Translations under genes and position numbers: made by a program | Part shown: piece by piece, positions 27,910 to 35,070 of the stretch | Numbering within the stretch: the first letter of the stretch is position 1 | Layout: the number at the start of each line of letters is the position of its first letter | The notes under the pieces: model-generated | The model's database searches: none | The model's input: the letters and a program-made list of their open reading frames with translations, nothing else | Told to the model about the DNA's origin: nothing | Assembly: GCA_963848135.1 (NCBI GenBank) | Contig: CAWKCK010000018.1 | Location: forward strand, 696,938 to 760,937 | Origin: an uncultured delta proteobacterium | GTDB taxonomy: Bacteria; Desulfobacterota; Desulfobacteria; Desulfobacterales; SG8-13 | DNA: 64,000 nt | Direction: 5' to 3'

Positions 27910-29236
27910 GGGAGTGTTCAATATTCTGTGTCAGCCTGTTTTTTGATTAGCAATCATATCAGAGCCTTAATTCTTTATCCAGCCTTCCTTCAAAAAATAT
28001 GGCTAACTGAGATATGGTCAAAGACCAGTTTTGAACCGGCATCGTCCATTTTTTACTGGCATTCTGAATACCCATATAGAGCAGTTTGAGCAGGCTGTCC
28101 TGGTTTGGGAAAGCCCCTTTGGTCTTGGTTAATTTTCGGAATTGCCGGTGAACCGCCTCAATGGTGTTGGTCGTGTAAATGATCCTTCGAATATCATCCG
28201 GATACTTGAAAAATTGACTGAGCCGCTCCCAGTTGTTTCGCCAGGATTTGATGACAATTGGATATTTGTTGTTCCACTTGTCTTCAAGCCTGTCTAACTC
28301 AGACTCGGCCAAATCCTTGTTAGTGGCCTTGTATACTCGCTTGAGATCGACCATGAATTCTTTTTGATTCTTTGAACCAACATATTTCAAGGTGTTGCGA
28401 ATTTGATGCACAACACAAAGTTGGACTTCCGTTTGGGGAAAGATTGTTTCGATGGCTTCCGGAAATCCCTTAAGACCATCGATACAGGCGATCAGGATAT
28501 CGTCAACACCTCGGTTGGATAGATCGGTCAGAACCTGCAACCAGAAGTTGGCCCCTTCGTTCTCTGAAATATACAGCCCAAGGACTTCTTTGCGGCCTTC
28601 AATATTGACACCAAGGATCGTGTAAACAGCTTTGCTGAAGACCTTGCCGTCCTCACGAATTTTGTAGTGAATGGCATCCAGCCAGACAATGGGATAAATC
28701 GATTCTAATGCCCGGGCCTGCCACTCTTTTACTGTATGGATGATTTTATCGGTAATCGCCGTCAGGGTGCCCTTTGAGACCTCAATGCCATAGATATCCT
28801 CAAGATGGGCGGATATATCTTGATAGCTCATCCCCAGGCCATACAGGGCCAGGATTTTTTCTTCAATCTCATCACTGAGGGTCGTTTGGTGCTTTTTGAT
28901 CAGCTTGGGCGAAAATGTACCGGCGCGATCGCGCGGTGTGTCGAGTTCAAAAGATCCATTGAGAGTCTTGATCGTCTTTTTGCTCTTGCCATTCCTGCGG
29001 TTGGCAGCTATCTCCTGGCCGAGGTGGGAGTCTATCTCCCCTTCGAGGGCTGCTTCCGTCAGATTCTTTATCAGTGGGGTGAGAACCCCGTCTTTACCGG
29101 TGAGGGGCTTGCCTGATTGGATGGCTTTGAGGGCTTTCTGGAAATCAAATTCGCTGTCGTCTTTTGCCATGTCAGTCTCCTTTTAGCTTTATATATCAGC
29201 TTTTTATTTGACTGACACAAAATTATGAACACCCTC
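27910..29236 (-). mobile_element. IS256-family insertion sequence, 1327 bp
   Basis: Imperfect ~25-bp IRs gggagtgttcaatattctgtgtcag / ctgacacaaaattatgaacaccctc, and an 8-bp target duplication ACTTTTTT at 27902-27909 and 29237-29244. Confidence 0.95.
27959..29170 (-). CDS. IS256-family transposase
   Basis: NRRNG, TPRDRAGTF, VWLDAI, CIDGLKGF, QLCVVHQIRN and IYTTNTIE motifs. Confidence 0.96.
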   Translation of the reverse strand: MAKDDSEFDFQKALKAIQSGKPLTGKDGVLTPLIKNLTEAALEGEIDSHLGQEIAANRRNGKSKKTIKTLNGSFELDTPRDRAGTFSPKLIKKHQTTLSDEIEEKILALYGLGMSYQDISAHLEDIYGIEVSKGTLTAITDKIIHTVKEWQARALESIYPIVWLDAIHYKIREDGKVFSKAVYTILGVNIEGRKEVLGLYISENEGANFWLQVLTDLSNRGVDDILIACIDGLKGFPEAIETIFPQTEVQLCVVHQIRNTLKYVGSKNQKEFMVDLKRVYKATNKDLAESELDRLEDKWNNKYPIVIKSWRNNWERLSQFFKYPDDIRRIIYTTNTIEAVHRQFRKLTKTKGAFPNQDSLLKLLYMGIQNASKKWTMPVQNWSLTISQLAIFFEGRLDKELRL

Positions 29237-29887
29237 ACTTTTTTAGCGAATTGATAAGACCTTTGATCATCGATGCGATTTCTATACCGGTAGTCTCAAA
29301 TTTTTCATAATCCTCATCTGAAATCCATTTGACTCTTCTGAAAACCTCAAGAAGTGTCATGGTTTCATAGAGCGATCCGCGGGCTATATAACAATATTGA
29401 ATGAATTCTTTCTTTGAGAAACGGCCTTTTCCTTCCCTCCGGGGCGTAGCCTATTTTTGAATGCGATTTTTATCTAACCATTTTATTCGTTTACCTCTTG
29501 ATCCTTTTAACGATCGTTCCAACCACCTCGCTTCGTTTTTGCTCGCAGCTTTTTCAAAAGCGACCAAAGTCCAGGGTCTATCCTGAGCAGTTGATTTAAC
29601 ATATCCCGAATTATGGTATTTTAGACGTTGATCTATATCTGCTGTATGTCCGATATATATTCGTCTATTTGCTAAACTTTCTAACGCATAAACACAGTAC
29701 ATATTTAAAATCCCTACGGGGCGGAGCCTGCCAAATTCATTGAAATACTTGTAGAACTCGATTCAATCTGTTCCAGGAGACGATAATGCTTTCGATCGGT
29801 CGCTATATTCTCAACGGCGGTTATAACATCCACAGCAAAATTAACCGCCTTATCCCATACCGATAAATCTTCATACCCAAACCGCAT
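29235..29887 (-). pseudogene. Four-helix-bundle protein (23S rRNA IVP-like) interrupted by a 293-bp insertion
   Basis: 29887-29729 encodes MRFGYEDLSVWDKA...SISMNLA (53 aa) and 29435-29235 encodes EGKGRFSKKEFIQYCYIARGSLYET...SLKK* (66 aa). Joined they give an intact 119-aa ORF. Confidence 0.9.
29451..29702 (-). CDS. Small GIY-YIG nuclease (UPF0213/YhbQ-like)
   Basis: YCVYALES...IYIGHT.D...RLKYHNSG..KST...RPW...EARWLE motifs. Confidence 0.9.
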   Translation of the reverse strand: MYCVYALESLANRRIYIGHTADIDQRLKYHNSGYVKSTAQDRPWTLVAFEKAASKNEARWLERSLKGSRGKRIKWLDKNRIQK

Positions 29888-29927
29888 TATCCTTTTTCCC
29901 CTATTCCTCAGACTTGTTCCTCACTAC

Positions 29928-30028
29928 CTTTCAGCTTTGAGCCTTGAACTTTGAGCTTCTCCTGCTTTGAGCTTTCACCTTTGAGCGCTAATTCCTTTGA
30001 GCTTTGAGCTTCATTTGCTTTGAGCTTC
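29928..30028. repeat. Degenerate heptamer (tttgagc) tandem array upstream of the four-helix-bundle gene
   Basis: ctttcagctttgagccttgaactttgagc...gctttgagcttcatttgctttgagcttc. Overlaps the ABC ATPase stop codon. Confidence 0.8.
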
Positions 30029-30694
30029 TATTATTTGCCCATCGCGCATCTTGAAGACATGGCTGATGATGGCGGCATCGAAGACCAGTGGATCGTGACT
30101 GGCGATCAGCAGGGTTTTCCCTTCCTCCGCGAGGTCGGCGGCAATATCCAGAAATTCACGTGACAATTCAGAGTCCAGGTGCGCCGTCGGTTCATCGGCG
30201 ATGAGGATGACCGGATCGTTTATCAGGGCCCGTGCAATCGCGGTACGTTGGCGTTCCCCGCCGGAGAGCTCCTCGACTCGCCGACCGGCCTTGGTTTCGA
30301 TCCTCAAGCGCTTCAGGATCGTCATGGCCCTGTCCTTGATGGCACCAAACCTTTCACCGCTGGGATATGCCGGCAGCATGGTGTTCTCGATGACACTAAT
30401 GCCCTTGATCAGATTGTGGTCCTGAAAGACAAATCCGAAGGTCGATCGCCGGATCTGCGCCATGAATTTTTCCGGCAAGCTGGTGGTTTCCTGACCGTTT
30501 ACGAGAATCCGCCCGGTCGTCGGGCGGCTCATGCAACCGATTACGGACAGCAGGGTCGTTTTCCCCGATCCACTGGGCCCGATGAAGGCCGCGATCGTGT
30601 TAGGCGCAATCGTCAGGTCGATGTCCCCGATGGCGGTGAACTCATTGGCCCGGCCGGCGTTGTAGGTCTTGGTTATTTGTTTCAGTTCGATCAT
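30011..30694 (-). CDS. ABC transporter ATP-binding protein (LolD-type)
   Basis: GPSGSGKTT, LSGGERQR, IADEPTAHLD and ASHD motifs. Confidence 0.95.
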   Translation of the reverse strand: MIELKQITKTYNAGRANEFTAIGDIDLTIAPNTIAAFIGPSGSGKTTLLSVIGCMSRPTTGRILVNGQETTSLPEKFMAQIRRSTFGFVFQDHNLIKGISVIENTMLPAYPSGERFGAIKDRAMTILKRLRIETKAGRRVEELSGGERQRTAIARALINDPVILIADEPTAHLDSELSREFLDIAADLAEEGKTLLIASHDPLVFDAAIISHVFKMRDGQIIEAQSK

Positions 30695-30704
30695 CTTATT
30701 ATTA

Positions 30705-31125
30705 TGGGACACAGATTGACTCAGATTTACACAGATTGTTCATTATATTTTTTACCAAGGGAATTATCTGGAGTATGTCGATCTTATCCACTTCTATTGG
30801 CAATTTTCTGCTATTGTATTAGATTCAATAAAACACTGATTTTCACAGATTTACACAGATGTTTTCATGATTTTATTTTTTATTTAGCTATAATCCGTGT
30901 TCATCTGCGTTTATCCGTGTTCATCTGCGTTTATCCGTGTCCTAAATAATTGGACACAGATTGACTCAGATTTTCACGGATACTTTTACCTAAATTGATT
31001 GGTTCAGGGTTCAAAGGTTATTAATCCTGATTTCAGTAACTTTGTACCCCACTGTTTGCATTGGTCGCTTAGACCCAATATGATCTTCTAATCCTTGTTC
31101 ATCTGCGTTCATCTGTGTCCTATTT
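30705..31125. repeat. Two empty brackets of inverted 9-mer arrays (ggacacagat.../...atctgtgtcc)
   Basis: Left arms ggacacagattgactcagattt at ~30707 and ~30952. Right arms atccgtgttcatctgcgtttatccgtgtcc at ~30892-30942 and atctgcgttcatctgtgtcc at ~31101-31120. Confidence 0.8.
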
Positions 31126-31151
31126 AATGGGACGCTGATCTTCGCTGATTG

Positions 31152-31571
31152 TCACAGATGATTCATTATAGTTTGTCGTTTTCGGTGATTATCAAAAATT
31201 TTTCTCTTCACCTCAGGAAGTGGGCCAAAATTCAATAACAGTCCAACTTCGACTTTGGTTGCCTTGAGATAGTTAAGCAGCTGCGCCTCGTTTTCTATAA
31301 CCAGTGATTTGGCAGCTTTAATTTCTACGATCACCTTGTCTTCCACCAGTAGATCCGCAAAATATTCACCAATGATTTCGCCCTCGTAGATTACCTTAAT
31401 AAATGATTGAGGATTGACTGCTATCTTTTTCTTTTTCAACTCAATCACCATCGCGTTTTCATAAACCTTTTCCAGAAAACCGTATCCAAGCTGATTATAC
31501 ACCTTATAAAAGCACTGAATGATTTTTTCGGTTAATTCTACGAACTTGTAATTCTTAAAATCTGTGTCCAT
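31152..31571 (-). CDS. GxxExxY protein (PD-(D/E)XK-like)
   Basis: LGYGFLEKVYENAM, ADLLVEDKVIVEIKA and QLLNYLKAT..GLLLNFG motifs. Confidence 0.93.
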   Translation of the reverse strand: MDTDFKNYKFVELTEKIIQCFYKVYNQLGYGFLEKVYENAMVIELKKKKIAVNPQSFIKVIYEGEIIGEYFADLLVEDKVIVEIKAAKSLVIENEAQLLNYLKATKVEVGLLLNFGPLPEVKRKIFDNHRKRQTIMNHL

Positions 31572-31596
31572 CGGCGTAAATCTGTGTCCTATTTTT

Positions 31597-32727
31597 TTAT
31601 CTCATCACTGCATCCGGGTCTGTCACCGCCACCCGCCAGGCCGGTACAATCGTTATCAACGTGTACGGCACCACTGTCAGGCCGAATACCGCCGCCAGTT
31701 GATAGGCATCGAACGCCGGTGTCAATTCGAAGGAAGGATAAAGCACCGCCCAACCCTTCAGAGCGTGCTCGAAAAGGGGGGCATCCGCCAGAAAAACGTG
31801 TAAATATGCCGCAGACACGCCGATCAAAAATGCCGACAGGCAGACGACCATCCCTTCCCAGAACTTGAGCAGCAGCACATCGCCCGTATCCCATCCCAGG
31901 GCCTTTAAGATGCCGATTTCGGTTCGCTCCTCGGCCGTAAGGCCGGTGGCCTTATCCCAGGCGAAGATAAGAAAGGCCAGCACGGCACCGGCCAGAAGCA
32001 CGATGACATAACCGCTGCGCCAGTCGAACAGCGAGGTGTACGTGCGCACGATCTCTTCCCGCAAAATCGGCCGGGTGTCAGGCAACAACGCGGCGATCTT
32101 CTCGGCAATGGTCGGACATTCGTTTATGTTGCGAACAGTGGCAGTCAAATCGGTAAAAAACCCCTCCCTGACACCGAAAATCCGCCGGAATGTCGTTTCG
32201 TTCACGAGGATAAGGTCGGACGACACCAGGGCCGTGTTTTCGGAGAGTTCGCCGACAATCTCGAGTGGAACGGCGACCCCGTCGTAGGCCCTGAAGTACA
32301 ATTGGTTTTCAAGGGCACCTTTCCAGGTGCGCCGCACCCCCTCGCCAATGACGGCCTGGTCGTCCGTCAGCGAATGGCCGTCCGTCGCCATAACCGTGTA
32401 GTTGGCCCGGGAGGCCTGGTGGTAGTAATACCCCCAGAGACGGCCTTCCACCTTGCGAACCCCGCGAATCTCCTTCACGGTCTCGGCATAGGCGGCCGGA
32501 ATCAATTCATGCCGGCCGGCCACGGTGCGCTGAACGATGATCTCCGGCGCTCCCTCCAGCACGCTTTCGGCTTCCTTGCGGACGGCACCGGAGAAAAACA
32601 GCACCGATGCGAGCATGAAGACGATCAAGGCATACACCGCCACCAGGGAAATATTCTTCCACTTGCGCCGCATGAGGGAAGACAGCGTGAAGTCCAAGAA
32701 GTATCGGTGTCGTTCGAGCGATTTCAT
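31597..32727 (-). CDS. ABC transporter permease (FtsX/LolE-like)
   Basis: ERTEIGILKALGW, a four-TM layout and a VPAWRVAVTDP end. Confidence 0.9.
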   Translation of the reverse strand: MKSLERHRYFLDFTLSSLMRRKWKNISLVAVYALIVFMLASVLFFSGAVRKEAESVLEGAPEIIVQRTVAGRHELIPAAYAETVKEIRGVRKVEGRLWGYYYHQASRANYTVMATDGHSLTDDQAVIGEGVRRTWKGALENQLYFRAYDGVAVPLEIVGELSENTALVSSDLILVNETTFRRIFGVREGFFTDLTATVRNINECPTIAEKIAALLPDTRPILREEIVRTYTSLFDWRSGYVIVLLAGAVLAFLIFAWDKATGLTAEERTEIGILKALGWDTGDVLLLKFWEGMVVCLSAFLIGVSAAYLHVFLADAPLFEHALKGWAVLYPSFELTPAFDAYQLAAVFGLTVVPYTLITIVPAWRVAVTDPDAVMR

Positions 32728-32846
32728 AATTTAATTTTGGCCACAGACCCACACTGACACACACAGAAAGTATTAGGTTACTTTATGCAGGCTGTATTAT
32801 TGATGAAGCGACTATTCGTTAAATCCATTGACATTCAAACGAACGG

Positions 32847-33209
32847 TTAAAAGACAAATCTTTTTATTTCAGCTTTTGGGTGAGTAAAATTAACTAAAAG
32901 TCCAACCTTAAAACCCGTTGCTTTTAGATAGTTTAAAATCTGAGCTTCGTGAATTTTTTGCAGCTGACTGATAGCCTTGATTTCCAATATGATTAAATTC
33001 TCGACAACGATATCGGTGATATATTCCCCGACAATCTTGCCTTTATAATTGACGGATATTGGCACTTGTGACTGAGTACCCAACCCACGGTGATTTAATT
33101 CTGCCAACAAGGCATTCTCATAGACCTTTTCTAAAAATCCAGCACCGAGTATTCGGTTTACTTCGTAAATCGCACCATTAACCTGATATGTCAGCTCGTT
33201 TATATCCAA
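32847..33209 (-). CDS. GxxExxY protein, second copy
   Basis: LGAGFLEKVYENAL, TDIVVENLIILEIKA and QILNYLKAT motifs. Confidence 0.93.
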   Translation of the reverse strand: MDINELTYQVNGAIYEVNRILGAGFLEKVYENALLAELNHRGLGTQSQVPISVNYKGKIVGEYITDIVVENLIILEIKAISQLQKIHEAQILNYLKATGFKVGLLVNFTHPKAEIKRFVF

Positions 33210-33323
33210 TGTTCTGATTAACCTATTTCCTCCAAAGCGACAGTTTTTTCCCGGTCAGGTCGACCGGGCAAAACTTCTTTTGTCTGCGTCTTTCCGTGTG
33301 GGTCCGTGGCCGATATCGCTTTT

Positions 33324-33629
33324 TTACCTCTCTTTTCCAGCAGTGAATCGAGTTGGTGGTAGGGCAATAGACCCTGACGGAAAATGCTCGAAGCTCATGG
33401 GGTGATCCTGGAAAGCCGAAAACAGATCCGCCTGGGACAGATGGCGGGTATAACGGGCCTCTGTAAAAAGGCACAGGTCGGTCAGACCGAGCGTTGCAAC
33501 CAGCTGCTTTTTCTCCTGCATGGCCGTATCGTAGCGCGCCGAGCCAATCAGTGGATAGCCGATAAGTAGGACTCCGAGCAGACCGATGAAGAGGATAGTG
33601 AAGCTGATATATAGGGTCGATTTTCGCAT
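33324..33629 (-). CDS. Small membrane-anchored hypothetical protein of the NosL/ABC cluster
   Basis: N-terminal TM and LGLTDLCLFTEARYTRH. Co-oriented with the operon. Confidence 0.7.
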   Translation of the reverse strand: MRKSTLYISFTILFIGLLGVLLIGYPLIGSARYDTAMQEKKQLVATLGLTDLCLFTEARYTRHLSQADLFSAFQDHPMSFEHFPSGSIALPPTRFTAGKER

Positions 33630-33635
33630 TTTTTA

Positions 33636-33733
33636 ATGGGACACTGATGAACGCTGATGTTCACAGATTGTTTTAAACAGTTCAGTAAAATAATTTTTTA
33701 TCTGCGCTTATCTGCGCAAATCTGTGTCCTATC
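33636..33733. repeat. Empty inverted 9-mer bracket
   Basis: atgggacactgatgaacgctgatgttcacagat ... atctgcgcttatctgcgcaaatctgtgtcctat. Confidence 0.75.
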
Positions 33734-33734
33734 A

Positions 33735-34214
33735 TTAATCCAGTTTTTTGATCACCGCCGGTTTGACCTGCGCGAAGGTCAGGATTAGCGTGCCGCCGTG
33801 ATCCTTCTTGAACTGCTCGGCATCCTCCCGGGTTTTACAGGGAATCAGCTCCCGGCCCATGGGGCCATAAACGTCACTGCCGACAACGTAATGCGCGATC
33901 AGTCCATCAATCAGTTCCATGTCGTAGTATTCGGTGACATAAATCGCGGTGATGTCATCAGCCGTTTTTACTTTTTCATATTTCTTCAGGTTGAAGAAAT
34001 ATTTGAACAGGTCCTTGGCCCCATCGAAGAAGACGGTGGCTCCGTCCTTGAAGATGATCTCCCCCACCCAGTCGGGATACTTGTACACGAACATACCGCA
34101 CACCGGGCACTTGTCCTTCTTTTCCGGCTGCATCGGTTCGGGATCTTCGGCAAAGGCGTAGCATATCGAGAAAAGACAAATAATAATTGCGGCAATAGTT
34201 GGTTTTAGCTGCAT
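33735..34214 (-). CDS. NosL-family copper-chaperone-like protein
   Basis: Signal peptide plus CPVCGM, FDGAKDL, YVVGSDVYGPMG and FKKDHGG motifs. Confidence 0.9.
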   Translation of the reverse strand: MQLKPTIAAIIICLFSICYAFAEDPEPMQPEKKDKCPVCGMFVYKYPDWVGEIIFKDGATVFFDGAKDLFKYFFNLKKYEKVKTADDITAIYVTEYYDMELIDGLIAHYVVGSDVYGPMGRELIPCKTREDAEQFKKDHGGTLILTFAQVKPAVIKKLD

Positions 34215-34242
34215 GACCTATTTTCCAATTTGTTTTTAATAT

Positions 34243-34444
34243 TCACCACGGAGGCACAGAGGTCACCGAGAGGATGACAGTTTTGTCCGATCGGGAGATA
34301 CCGATCGGACAAAAGAAGCTCAGCCCTTCGGGCGAATTTTAAGCATTCAGACCGCGAAGCGGTTGAGGGGTTATTGCTTTGCCGCCGTCTCACGGCAAAG
34401 CAATGAAATTAAACACCTCTGTGTCCTCCGTGTCTCTGTGGTGA
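34243..34444. repeat. Highly structured intergenic element (9-mer-armed bracket with four internal hairpins)
   Basis: Arms tcaccacggaggcacagagg / cctctgtgtcctccgtgtctctgtggtga. Internal stems ttttgtccgatcgg/ccgatcggacaaaa and attgctttgccg/cggcaaagcaat, plus gcccttcgggc and ccgcgaagcgg. Confidence 0.75.
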
Positions 34445-34486
34445 TATTTAATCCGTGTCCGTCTGTGTGTGTCCGTGGCAAATTTT

Positions 34487-34999
34487 TTACTGCTTCTTTT
34501 TCATCTTCTCCTTCATCATCTTGCGCTTTTCACGGAGCATCTGGTTGTCCTGGTACATGTCGGCATAAGCGGCTTCAAAAGCCTCCTCGAAGTTGGCAAC
34601 CTTACCACCGCTGGCCTTAACAAACGCCTCAGCGTCACTCTTTTTCTCAAACGCCCACTTGGCCCGCTTGGTCATCACGCCCATCTTGTCGCCGCCGATC
34701 ACCCAATAGGCCTTTTCGGCATCGATCAGCTTTTTGGTTTTGTAATCACCGACGCCGTAGGACTGGGGTGTCATATCAATAAACATCGCTTCGCTCACAG
34801 CTGTGCAACGGATAGAGCAAAAACCCATAGTCGCGCCGTTGCTTTGTTCCATGAGCATTCGAGAATGGGCAAACTTGGCGCGGTCCATGCCGCATAAAGG
34901 ACACTCGGGATGTTTAGCTATGTCATCCTCGCCGCCAAACGCTGGAGCATATACCCCCAACAGAACTATCAATCCTAAAACCAGAATAATTCTTCGCAT
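34487..34999 (-). CDS. NosL-family protein, second paralog
   Basis: RBS aaggagg, signal peptide, CPLCGMDR, CSIRC, AYWVIGGDKMGVM and a Met/Lys-rich tail. Confidence 0.88.
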   Translation of the reverse strand: MRRIILVLGLIVLLGVYAPAFGGEDDIAKHPECPLCGMDRAKFAHSRMLMEQSNGATMGFCSIRCTAVSEAMFIDMTPQSYGVGDYKTKKLIDAEKAYWVIGGDKMGVMTKRAKWAFEKKSDAEAFVKASGGKVANFEEAFEAAYADMYQDNQMLREKRKMMKEKMKKKQ

Positions 35000-35070
35000 G
35001 CCAACCTCCTTCATGGTTAAACAGTCAATCGCCTGGCGCAGATGACCAAACAGCCAGATAGAACGATTCC

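Noticed and set aside
29235..29887. Diversity-generating retroelement (Avd-like four-helix protein)
   Set aside because: No reverse transcriptase and no TR/VR pair differing at adenines is visible in the window.
30705..31125. Possible CRISPR array
   Set aside because: The repeats are degenerate 9-mers in inverted brackets, with no constant repeat-spacer period and no cas genes.
33735..34999. Nitrous-oxide reductase (nos) cluster
   Set aside because: Only NosL-like genes are present. There is no nosZ, nosD or nosR, and the ABC transporter is LolD/FtsX-type.
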